Assembly: GCA_963664015.2 (NCBI GenBank)
Contig: CAXXLF010000001.1
Coordinates: forward strand, 320,001 to 384,000
Source of the DNA: Candidatus Binatia bacterium
GTDB lineage: Bacteria; Desulfobacterota; Binatia; UBA9968; CAXXLF01
DNA length: 64,000 bases
Reading direction: 5' to 3'
Shown: positions 29,177-38,173 of the stretch, piece by piece
How positions within the stretch are numbered: the stretch's first letter is position 1
Layout of the letters: each line of letters opens with the position of its first letter
Program-made: the position numbers and the translations under genes
The notes under the pieces: model-generated
The model's input: the letters and a program-made list of their open reading frames with translations, nothing else
Databases searched by the model: none
What the model was told of the DNA's origin: nothing

Positions 29177-30522
29177 CGATGTTCAGCTGAGTGCCGCTCA
29201 TCGACCAGTCGTAGCAACTTTCGCCCTTTTCTCAAAGAGCCTCTGGGGTGAAATACAAATTCCACGTCTCCCAGTTTTTGCGTGTACGCGTCCCAGGCGA
29301 GCTTGTGCTCTTTTTCAATGGCTTCGAGAATCCGCCTTTGGATCTCCTCTCGACGCGGCGCGTCGCTCCTCAATTCCAAGCGAAATTGAAAGGTTTGTTT
29401 TCGGTCTTTTTCATATAACGCCACCTGCCACTCGTCCGTGAGCCCCGGCACGGAATCAAGAAGCCGATCAAAAAATTCGGGGTGGACGTTGCCCCATACG
29501 GACGCTACGATCTCGTCCAGACGGCCTCGCAACGGCGAGAGTCGTCGGAAAGGCAATCCACAGCAGCACGGCTCATCGATCATACGGGCTACATCCCCGG
29601 TCCGGTAACGAATCAGTGGCATTACGCTCCTGCGTAGCGTAGTAAGGACAATCTCTCCATAGCCTTCGGTGTCGGGGTTAAGTATTTCGACGTAGAAATC
29701 GAACTCATTGAAATGATAACCGGATCGCTGCAGGCACTCAAAACCAAGGCTTGTTGCCGCTTCCGCGGAGGCATAAGTCGTATACAGCGGAGCCTCCCAA
29801 AAGTCCTCGATCCACCTCCGGGTTTTTGGAGATATGCCCCCGCCGCCCCCGCCGATCAGAAGCTTCAATGGATATGGCCGACCCTCCGCCTCAGCCACTT
29901 CAGTAAACCGGGCGAGCCAGGGGATACCGCTCACGACAATATTGAATCGATAATCGGCAAGCCGACGATAGATGTCTTCCGGATCGACCCGACCGACGCA
30001 CATTGCAAATGATTTCCAATAAGGAATGGCGTTGTGTGACAGCAGACCGTCCAGGCAAAAGCCATAATCCGAGGTCGACAGGATTCGATCCTCCGCCGAG
30101 ATCCCGTATAACGCCTTAAGGACAACCCCTTTACGCGCATTGTAATCCATCTCCCGCCGGCTGAGGTAAACCCGTGTTGCATGCCCCTTGGTCCCCGAAC
30201 TCTCAACGGCCAGCTCTGGCGTCCCGCACAGCAGCTCGTCGGGTCTGTGTTTGAGCTCATCGGAGTTGAGATAGAAATCACCCAAATCCGCGGGCCTGCT
30301 GATGTTCCGAACGTTGATACCGTACTTGGAAAACTGCCGGCGATATAGAGTAGACTTAGAACCGGCCAAACGCACCGTACGCCTGAAACCGGAATCTCTC
30401 AGCCGGTTCATAAGCGCCGGGGGAAAAACGCGGAGGCTCCTGAGATTCCAATCAGGACGCCTCGTGCCGATCGCCAAAAACAGTTGCTCTAGGAAGCGAT
30501 ATATGCTGAAGTAATTCTGCAA
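29173..30522 (-). CDS. Phenylacetate-CoA ligase/CapK-like adenylate-forming enzyme
   Basis: SSGTKG, YASAE, GEIVLTTL and PLIRYRTGD motifs. The start is uncertain: a TTG near 30522 is chosen, but the ORF is open to 30663. Confidence 0.8.
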   Translation of the reverse strand: MQNYFSIYRFLEQLFLAIGTRRPDWNLRSLRVFPPALMNRLRDSGFRRTVRLAGSKSTLYRRQFSKYGINVRNISRPADLGDFYLNSDELKHRPDELLCGTPELAVESSGTKGHATRVYLSRREMDYNARKGVVLKALYGISAEDRILSTSDYGFCLDGLLSHNAIPYWKSFAMCVGRVDPEDIYRRLADYRFNIVVSGIPWLARFTEVAEAEGRPYPLKLLIGGGGGGISPKTRRWIEDFWEAPLYTTYASAEAATSLGFECLQRSGYHFNEFDFYVEILNPDTEGYGEIVLTTLRRSVMPLIRYRTGDVARMIDEPCCCGLPFRRLSPLRGRLDEIVASVWGNVHPEFFDRLLDSVPGLTDEWQVALYEKDRKQTFQFRLELRSDAPRREEIQRRILEAIEKEHKLAWDAYTQKLGDVEFVFHPRGSLRKGRKLLRLVDERHSAEHR

Positions 30523-30589
30523 TTCAGGACCCCAAAACCGTTTGAATATGACTCCAATAATACTCGGATTCCGTCCGTCAGCCCTGCGT

Positions 30590-31954
30590 ATGGTCAGTAG
30601 GCTGGCCGCTCCCCTAATCATGGCCTGCCGGGCCGCCCGGCTCGCCCGCAACCGAGTCAGCAATCCTCGCGCTCTTGCAACCAGAAATTCGGCCCGTTTC
30701 CGGCGACTGGTCCGCCGGTTCCTTACGAAGTCCCCGTACTACGCCAGGATCATGGATGAGCGCGGGATCCACCCGGAAAGCTGCTGTCTGGAAGAGTTTC
30801 CCGTCTTAACGAAAGACCTGCTTCTACGGCACTATGATGATATCGTCACCGATAAGCGAGTTACGCGGGCCGCTATCGAAGCCTTTCTCTCCGAATCCCG
30901 TAATCCCCTTGACTTGTTTGCAGGCGATTTCTACGTGGTGCATACGTCGGGATCAAGCGGTCAGGTCACCCCCATCGTCTGGCATCAAAGGGACTGGCTC
31001 AGGGGACTGGTAAACTTTGCGCGCGTGCTGCCCCCTCGCCTGTATAGCAAAATGGCCTTTGTCGGCGCAACGGACGGCCACTATGCTGGGGTAACCATGA
31101 CGCGAAGCAGCGGGTGGGGCCCCCTTTGGTGGGCCCACCGCGTCAAGGCCTTCGACGTAAGAAAGCCGCGCTCTGACCTGGTCGCGGGGCTCAACGCCTT
31201 CAACCCCTCCGTACTGATCGGTTACGCAAAAGCCTTAAGGGAGCTCAGCGTCGAAAAAACCGCAGGACGTCTGAGGGCAACCCCCGGAAGAATCCTCAGC
31301 GGCGGCGAACCCCTGTTCGCTGACGACCGACAACTGATTGAGTCCGCCTTCGGTGTCCCGGTAATCAACGTCTATGCCGCAAGCGAGCACATGCTCATCG
31401 CCGTGGGACTGCCGGGGCAAAACGGGATGATCGTACAGGAAGACGATTTGATCATCGAAGCCCACTCGGACCATACTCTCATTACCAACCTGCTGAACAC
31501 TACCCTCCCCTTGATCCGTTACAGGATGGACGACGTGCTGCGTTTCAGGAACGATCCGCAATCGGGCTGGCCCGCCTATCGAATTATCGAGGAAATCATC
31601 GGACGGCAAGAATACGCTCCCAGCTTCCTCAACGAGAGCGGGCAACCGGATACCATCCACCCCATCGTTTTTGTGGAGTTTTTCGTGCCCGGCCTGGACG
31701 GGTTTCAGATCGTCGTAAACGCCGATAACTCATTCGCTTTCCTGGCGGTGACCCGACCGGACCGGCCCCACTCCGAAACCGTGGCCGACATCAAGCTGCG
31801 CCTGAATGAGATACTGACAACCAAGCGCATGAGCAACGTCAAATATACAGTCGAGTTGATCGACCGTTTGTCTGTGGATCCGGCGACGGGCAAGTTTCAG
31901 CTCATCAGACACGCCTCGGTGATAAATGAAGCGTTAGGTCCGGAGACTCGTTAA
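30590..31954 (+). CDS. Phenylacetate-CoA ligase/CapK-like adenylate-forming enzyme, opposite strand
   Basis: FPVLTK, HTSGSSG, GGEPL, YAASE, PLIRYRMDD and TGKFQ motifs. The start is inferred. Confidence 0.85.
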   Translation: MVSRLAAPLIMACRAARLARNRVSNPRALATRNSARFRRLVRRFLTKSPYYARIMDERGIHPESCCLEEFPVLTKDLLLRHYDDIVTDKRVTRAAIEAFLSESRNPLDLFAGDFYVVHTSGSSGQVTPIVWHQRDWLRGLVNFARVLPPRLYSKMAFVGATDGHYAGVTMTRSSGWGPLWWAHRVKAFDVRKPRSDLVAGLNAFNPSVLIGYAKALRELSVEKTAGRLRATPGRILSGGEPLFADDRQLIESAFGVPVINVYAASEHMLIAVGLPGQNGMIVQEDDLIIEAHSDHTLITNLLNTTLPLIRYRMDDVLRFRNDPQSGWPAYRIIEEIIGRQEYAPSFLNESGQPDTIHPIVFVEFFVPGLDGFQIVVNADNSFAFLAVTRPDRPHSETVADIKLRLNEILTTKRMSNVKYTVELIDRLSVDPATGKFQLIRHASVINEALGPETR

Positions 31955-33876
31955 GAGGCTTCCTCCAATGGCGGCCGGTTCGAGTAGAGCTTGCGCAACC
32001 CAAACTGCCCCACCAAATAGGCCGTTTTATTTAATTTCCCGCTCATCTGCTCCTGCCCAGGGAACCACCATAAATTCGAAACAAAAAACACTCGTCCGGG
32101 GCCTTGCCATAAGTGCAGGAAGGCTTTGCGGTCGAGAAACAGCCGGCGTGTTTCCGGATAACGTGACCCAAACGCCAGATCGCCCCTGACGCCGTCCAGG
32201 ACATAGATTTCCCGTCCCGTGTAAAAAGGCAGGCCTCCGCTATCGATCAGCTGCCCTTCATGAACGACCGGCTCATCCCTTACGCTTGTCGCTTCAAGCG
32301 CTGCCGCCAGGGCTTTAGTAGAATGGTGCGGCTCGACGATGAGGAAAAGACGAAAAACTAACACGGAGATCCCGGCCGCGGTCGCGAAGTAGAAGCCGAA
32401 GCTGCTCCTGACCTTGCCAAAAACGAGGCACAGGAAAGCCGCCAACGGGCCCAGAAGCAAAAGCCAACCGAGTGAGCCCGCGAGTTGGGCGAAGGGTAGG
32501 ACCGGGTACGGAAGGGCGCCGCCACGCGCGTCCAGAGCTCTATAATCGCCCGAGAGCCCGGATAGGAAAACGGCTACCTCGCCGGGAGTCAGATCACTCG
32601 CGAGCCAGAGCAACCCCACACCAAGCGCTATGCAGCTCATGGCCCCAAATCCCAGGCACACCTTCAGCCCCCGGTCGGGCGCCCGGGATGCCCACACTTC
32701 GGCCCACCTCGCCCCGACCAAAAGGCTGACGGCAGGCAGCGCAGGGAGGGAGTAGTGCTCAAGCTTCGCGGATGAAAGACAAAAAAAGCCCAACACGATG
32801 AGCCCCCACAGGCCAATGACAAGGCGTACGCGTGCAGCCGGTGAAGAATCTCCGTTCAAGCGCGGGAACCCCGGCCGCAGCGACACGGGGAGCGCGAGGC
32901 TCCAGGGAAACGACCACACCTGAAATGCGAACAAGAACGCCGCCGTCCCGAGCTGGATATCGTCTTCAAGGAAGTTCCGCGAATGAAAGAACCTCAAGAA
33001 CTGGTTGTCCACGAAATAAAACCATAAGAAATCATCGTTTTTCCAGGCTGCTAGAATATGCCAAGGCACTGTCACGAACAACAACAGCAACACACCGAGA
33101 AGCGAATAACGAATGGCGAAAGGAGAATAAGAGCTCACAAAAAGCGAATGCGCAATACTCGATAGTCCCTTCCTGCTGCCTTTTGGCAATTCGCCTTGGC
33201 TAATTGCTGATTCTGTGCCCCCATCAATTTCAGGCACCCTCCTGCCTGCTACGATCAAAAAGATGGCTACAATCATCAATGGAAAAACAAGGCCAATGAT
33301 TCCTTTAGAGAGCACTGCCAGCGCCACCCCAAGGTAGAAGAGCCAATAACGGGTTTGGGGCTTCCCATCATCGAGAAAACCATGTACGAATCCGTATAAC
33401 GATAAAGTCAGTGTGAAGACAAATAGGATATCCGGGAATACCACATCAGCATACCGAAAGAAGCCGACGCTGCTGAAGAGAATCACCCCAGCCAACAGGC
33501 CGGCATTTCGGCTGTAGAGCCGGATTCCCATTCGGTAGATGAGAAGCACCGTCCCCAGGGCCGAGATAGCGCCCCAAAATCTAACCGCCCACTCGGAAGG
33601 GCCGAATTGGGAAATCATAAGCGCTGAGAGCCAGTAGTAGAGCGGCGGCTTCTCAAAATACCGAACTCCGTTGAACCGGGGAGTCACCCAGTCGCCGGAA
33701 TCCGCCATCTCCCGTGCTATGCTGCCGTACATACCCTCGTTAGGGTCGACAAACTCCATTGAGATTCCCCAGAATAGGAATGGGATACTCACCACGCACA
33801 GAATCGTTAGATCCAGCCAGGAAGATGTTCCTTGCTTGTGGCTTGTGACTGGTCGGCTTTCGATCTGGTCGCTCAT
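31951..33876 (-). CDS. ArnT-like (GT83, GT-C fold) membrane glycosyltransferase
   Basis: DPNEGMY..IAREM, YFEKPPLYYW, LSKG, PWH and KLEHYSLP motifs. Start MSDQ is inferred. Confidence 0.85.
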   Translation of the reverse strand: MSDQIESRPVTSHKQGTSSWLDLTILCVVSIPFLFWGISMEFVDPNEGMYGSIAREMADSGDWVTPRFNGVRYFEKPPLYYWLSALMISQFGPSEWAVRFWGAISALGTVLLIYRMGIRLYSRNAGLLAGVILFSSVGFFRYADVVFPDILFVFTLTLSLYGFVHGFLDDGKPQTRYWLFYLGVALAVLSKGIIGLVFPLMIVAIFLIVAGRRVPEIDGGTESAISQGELPKGSRKGLSSIAHSLFVSSYSPFAIRYSLLGVLLLLFVTVPWHILAAWKNDDFLWFYFVDNQFLRFFHSRNFLEDDIQLGTAAFLFAFQVWSFPWSLALPVSLRPGFPRLNGDSSPAARVRLVIGLWGLIVLGFFCLSSAKLEHYSLPALPAVSLLVGARWAEVWASRAPDRGLKVCLGFGAMSCIALGVGLLWLASDLTPGEVAVFLSGLSGDYRALDARGGALPYPVLPFAQLAGSLGWLLLLGPLAAFLCLVFGKVRSSFGFYFATAAGISVLVFRLFLIVEPHHSTKALAAALEATSVRDEPVVHEGQLIDSGGLPFYTGREIYVLDGVRGDLAFGSRYPETRRLFLDRKAFLHLWQGPGRVFFVSNLWWFPGQEQMSGKLNKTAYLVGQFGLRKLYSNRPPLEEAS

Positions 33877-34036
33877 CTCTTTGATCTGAATTCTCGAGTC
33901 TATTGGGATATGTCGTTGAGTTGGCTTAACTAGCGTATTTGGTTTGTCCTGTTGCTGCAGTTTTTCAGGCCTGCTTATCAGCTGCATGCCGGCGGCTAGT
34001 AACAACTCGATTATACCAGTTGACCATCACCATTGA

Positions 34037-35866
34037 CTATTTACCACTCACATCATCAAACAGTGGCTTGTTCATGTACAGCCACCGCGACCCGAACTTT
34101 CCCATAGGAATGGACTCGTCCCTCGGTAAATCCTTGGCAATGCTGCCGTCATAGGGATACCGGCTGACGAGGAAAACACGCCGTGGACCGCGCCATTGCT
34201 CAAGGAGACGCTTTCGATCAAGGAAAACCTCGTCCGCCTGCGGTTGACGGGCACCGAACTCGAGGCTGCCGCCCCTCCCGTTGAATACTTCGATCCGCTT
34301 GCCCGTGTAAAAAACCAGCCCGCCGCTGTTCTCCAATAAGCCCTCGTGAATGATCCGGGCATCAGGATTCTCCCGGACCGCAGCGGAACCGGTCACGGGG
34401 ATAACCGATTTATACGGTGCGATCAGAAGATAGTTTTTGAATACTAGAAACCCGATTCCCACAGCTATCCCCAACTGGGCAGCGTACCCGGCGAGCCCAC
34501 TTCCTCTGATAACGAAGACCCACGAAACCAACGGCCCCAGCGCAAGAATCCAGCCAAGCCACCACAAAAGGGAGAGATAAGGACTAAACGCGAAAGGGAA
34601 AGCAAGTCCCTGAGCCGCAAGAGTACGGAAATCGCTGTTTACCGGGGAGAGTAGTGATAAAAGCTCTCCGGAGCTCATCGACCCGCTACGCAAAAAGAAA
34701 CCCCCTAACATTAGACATCCGGCGGCCCCGAGTCCCAAGCTCCACTTCATGAGTCGGTTTCCGGTTAACCACGAGCGTTTTTGCGAGTCCCTAGACCGTA
34801 TGGCCCGAGCCCACCACCCGCCGACCAGCAGGCTCACCGGCGGAAGCGCGGGAAGGGAATAGTGCTCGAGCTTTGAAAACGAGAGCGAAAAAACTCCCAA
34901 CACCACAATGACCCAGACCCCCAGCAATATGGGCAAACTTTCCCGGAGCTTACCTCGGTCTCGAAAAGAAGAAAGCAGGTGTGGTACCACGGCGGGCAGA
35001 GAAAAAGACCACGGGAAGAACCAGATCAGAAACATAGCCAGAAAAGAAAGAGTCCCGAGCGGGACATCTTCCTCGGCAAACCCGCGCTCGTTTAGGAAGC
35101 GCAGCCAATGATTGTTAAAGAGGTAGAACGCAAGTAGATCCGGATTACGCCAGGCGGCTAAGAGATGCCACGGGAGTGCCACCGACAGAAACAGCGGAAC
35201 CCCAAACTTGAGATTCATCGACCCAAGGATCTTCACGCGCCCGGTGGAGATCAAGAACAGGCCGACAATGAGGCAAGGGAAGATGAGGCCGACCAACCCC
35301 TTGGCAAGCACCCCCAAACCCGCCCCAAGGTAAAAGATCCAATAGCCGCTCCGACTCCCTTTCCCGTGAAGTAGCCCGTCGACGAATCCAAACAGAGAGA
35401 GGGTCAGGCAAAACACCAACGGTAGATCGGCACCCGGGAAGTGGGCGTGGTGGTAGATCCCAACACTGGTGACCAAAACGAGCGCAGAAAGCAGTCCCGC
35501 AAGGCGACCGTAAAGCCACTCCCCCATGCGCCAGACCAGCAGGGCGGTTCCGAAAGCCGAAAGCCCGCTCCATATTCGGACGGCCCACTCTTCCGGCCCG
35601 AAGAGTTGAATCATGGAAGCCGAAAGCCAGAAATACAGGGGCGGCTTCTCCAAATATGGTAGGCCGTTAAAATGTGGAATGATCCAGTCCCCCTGCCGGG
35701 CCATTTCCAATGCGATAGAACCCCACATCCCTTCGTCGGGATCGAGAAAACTAAAAGAGCTGATTCCCCAGAACAGAAAGGGGATGCTCACCATAACGAG
35801 GATACATAGGTCGGCCCAGGAAAATCCTTGTAGCCTGTGGCCTATAGCTTGTGAGTTTAAAACCAT
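34037..35866 (-). CDS. ArnT-like (GT83) membrane glycosyltransferase, tandem paralog
   Basis: DPDEGMW, YLEKPPLYFW, LAKG and KLEHYSLPALP motifs. Confidence 0.85.
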   Translation of the reverse strand: MVLNSQAIGHRLQGFSWADLCILVMVSIPFLFWGISSFSFLDPDEGMWGSIALEMARQGDWIIPHFNGLPYLEKPPLYFWLSASMIQLFGPEEWAVRIWSGLSAFGTALLVWRMGEWLYGRLAGLLSALVLVTSVGIYHHAHFPGADLPLVFCLTLSLFGFVDGLLHGKGSRSGYWIFYLGAGLGVLAKGLVGLIFPCLIVGLFLISTGRVKILGSMNLKFGVPLFLSVALPWHLLAAWRNPDLLAFYLFNNHWLRFLNERGFAEEDVPLGTLSFLAMFLIWFFPWSFSLPAVVPHLLSSFRDRGKLRESLPILLGVWVIVVLGVFSLSFSKLEHYSLPALPPVSLLVGGWWARAIRSRDSQKRSWLTGNRLMKWSLGLGAAGCLMLGGFFLRSGSMSSGELLSLLSPVNSDFRTLAAQGLAFPFAFSPYLSLLWWLGWILALGPLVSWVFVIRGSGLAGYAAQLGIAVGIGFLVFKNYLLIAPYKSVIPVTGSAAVRENPDARIIHEGLLENSGGLVFYTGKRIEVFNGRGGSLEFGARQPQADEVFLDRKRLLEQWRGPRRVFLVSRYPYDGSIAKDLPRDESIPMGKFGSRWLYMNKPLFDDVSGK

Positions 35867-35870
35867 CTAG

Positions 35871-35972
35871 AGATCAGAGATCGGAGTTCAGAAGTCAAAG
35901 GGAAGAAGATGTCTCGCGCAAAGAACGCCAAGGTCGGAGAGACTCTGTTCTCTGATCTCCGACCTCTGACTT
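35871..35972. repeat. Two inverted CYGACCT-type heptamer blocks flanking a CGCCAAG-type repeat
   Basis: agatcag agatcgg agttcag aagtcaa at 35871-35898 versus ctgttct ctgatct ccgacct ctgactt at 35945-35972, with tctcgcgcaaagaacgccaagg between them. Confidence 0.75.
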
Positions 35973-35982
35973 CTCCTCCCTT

Positions 35983-37614
35983 CTACCACTCAAACGATCT
36001 GGTATATTCGAATCGCAACAGGTTATCGTGCTCCGCGTCATGTAGAATAAAATCGCGGTTTTTAACCCGCGAATAGTCGTACTCAACAAAGACTGAAGAT
36101 CGATCCGACACACGATACGACATGTCCAACCCCAATGAACCTCGATCTTCTTTGGGTAACCCCGAAGCACCCGAATCTGTTGATCCAATCTCAGCCACGC
36201 TCAATTCCATTCCTAAAAGAAGCTTGGGATTAAACCAACGGGAGATACGCCCGTAGATCTCACTACCATCTGTTCCGATAAAATGAGAGAGCACTGACCC
36301 TCTGTTGGTGAACCCGGAGGTATAGATCCCATGTGTAAACTGAATTTCAGTAGTCTTGGCTACCTCAATCCGTAAATCAAGTTTTGGATCACCAAGTAAT
36401 CCTGAAAAGAGAAGGCCGATTATACCGCCCGGCTTCCTAGGAATAATGGAACCGGAAGGGAATGGTCCAAGCGGGAGTCCAGGATCAGTAGTATCGTCCC
36501 ATCCTAGCTCACCATAGACGCTAAGATCCCTCGCCACCCAAATATATCGTTCGGCATTGGGAAATCGCAGCGTCGCATCCAGTGCCATAACGTTATTAAC
36601 GTTTAAAGGGCTTAAAGGGTCATCACTTCCCTGGCCCAGCATTAGTTGAATGAAATCTCCCGGATCGAGACTGGCTCGTCCTCTACCGCCAAATTGAAAG
36701 ACACGGCTAAAACCAAATTCCATGGAACGAAAAGGGGATAAATTGATTCGCCAGCCACCGACTTTCGCCCCACGAATATCCCGGCTTTTATCCAAATCAG
36801 CTACAAATCCGGTTAAGCTCATTGGCCCCAGGTATTTAAGAAACCAGGGCAGGTGAAACGGCTCAGCAGAACCCACTCGCACCTGGTCCAAAGGAAAACC
36901 GTTGTTTGAAAAGGTCATCGAGCCACGATATCCTGGGCCCCACCAGAGCGTATCTCGCCCCACGAGTATTTCCGTATTCCAAAAGGTTAACTTCCCATAA
37001 CCATTCATCAAGCGCCCGTGGTAGCTATCCCAATTGGCGGTAAATACCGGCTGATAATAGAAAGAAACATGGTCACCAATCTGAACACTCCCCTCTAATG
37101 TCGATCCCGGATTGGCACCGTCACTAACCTCTAAACCGTATCCGTTGATCAAACTCCCCGAGTCACTGGCGAAATGGTTCTTAAACTGCCAGTTTTTAAC
37201 AGGTTTTATATCAAATACACCCGGCAAGGTTTCACTATTGAGGGGAGTTTTGATCCCCATTTCGATTAGCTCCTGCCCAAATTCTCCCACCAATTGGTAG
37301 ACCATCTCCTCGAGATAGAAGCGGTGGTTGTAATCCCCGCTCAGATCCGTCTTGACCCTCTCTACCGCCTGGGCGACTATCCGCGCAGCCGTGACTCTGG
37401 TCATGGGTTTCGTATTCAGCAACACCCGATCCGCTAATCCGGCTAACACAAGCCTCTCCAAACCATCGTAAACCCAACTCCAATTAACCGAGAACCCACC
37501 CCAATTCTTTATTGGAACATTGGTTCGGTCGAACGCGTAAACACGAGCAAATGGCGAATAGCAAATAGCCAATAGAACGAAGACCGTGATACACCACACC
37601 CGAGGACAACGCAT
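35983..37614 (-). CDS. wzi: Capsule assembly Wzi family outer-membrane beta-barrel
   Basis: Signal peptide, GRDTLWWGPG...SNN, FQFGG.G and a C-terminal aromatic beta-strand (FEYTRSFEW). Confidence 0.8.
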   Translation of the reverse strand: MRCPRVWCITVFVLLAICYSPFARVYAFDRTNVPIKNWGGFSVNWSWVYDGLERLVLAGLADRVLLNTKPMTRVTAARIVAQAVERVKTDLSGDYNHRFYLEEMVYQLVGEFGQELIEMGIKTPLNSETLPGVFDIKPVKNWQFKNHFASDSGSLINGYGLEVSDGANPGSTLEGSVQIGDHVSFYYQPVFTANWDSYHGRLMNGYGKLTFWNTEILVGRDTLWWGPGYRGSMTFSNNGFPLDQVRVGSAEPFHLPWFLKYLGPMSLTGFVADLDKSRDIRGAKVGGWRINLSPFRSMEFGFSRVFQFGGRGRASLDPGDFIQLMLGQGSDDPLSPLNVNNVMALDATLRFPNAERYIWVARDLSVYGELGWDDTTDPGLPLGPFPSGSIIPRKPGGIIGLLFSGLLGDPKLDLRIEVAKTTEIQFTHGIYTSGFTNRGSVLSHFIGTDGSEIYGRISRWFNPKLLLGMELSVAEIGSTDSGASGLPKEDRGSLGLDMSYRVSDRSSVFVEYDYSRVKNRDFILHDAEHDNLLRFEYTRSFEW

Positions 37615-37725
37615 TATTATCAAACCACCTGACTTTTGACTGAGGGAAGAGCGGACGAGGGTAGAAGTATTGAAGATTCTATCTTTGCGAACTAATTAAG
37701 GAAGAGAGCATTTTACTAATAACCT

Positions 37726-38025
37726 CTAACTCGCTATCGAGGTTAGATTTTTTGCCACCGGTAGGTAACCCAAACGATAAGCGAGCTCTAGCTGAGTATC
37801 AATTTGGCTAGCTGAGCCTGAGACGAAGTAAAGGAATTGAATAAACTCCTTTTTTGATTTTCTGGCTGCGCCTTTCCCGATATTGCTTGGAATCGAAATT
37901 GCGGCTCGCTTCATCTGTCCAGCGAAACCATACTCTTCGTTCTTCGGAAATGAAGATGCAACCTTGTAGATTTCCTCCACGAGATCCATCGACTGTTTTC
38001 AAACATCTAACCTGTGATGAATTCG
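37726..38025 (-). pseudogene. Four-helix-bundle protein (23S rRNA IVS/Avd-like family) with an early stop
   Basis: FPKNEEYGFAGQMKRAAISIPSNI...KEFIQFL...GS. The upstream frame reads RIHHRLDV*KQSMDLV, with TGA at 37999-38001 where the family has Trp. Confidence 0.8.
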
Positions 38026-38075
38026 GACAGCAAACCCTCCCTTTTCATCCGTAAGCCGCCACTTATTCCAACTCT

Positions 38076-38173
38076 TTACCATTTGCTATTCACCATTCAC
38101 TATTCGCCATTGACCAATTATCGATCTCGGACCTCTGACCTCTGATCCCTGACCTCTGGCAAATCGCCATTCG
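38076..38173. repeat. TYRCYAT heptamers followed by CYGACCT heptamers
   Basis: ttaccat ttgctat tcaccat tcactat tcgccat tgaccaa, then cggacct ctgacct ctgatcc ctgacct ctgg. Confidence 0.85.

Noticed and set aside
37726-38025. Diversity-generating retroelement suggested by the Avd-like gene
   Set aside because: No reverse transcriptase and no TR/VR pair differing at adenines was seen in the window.
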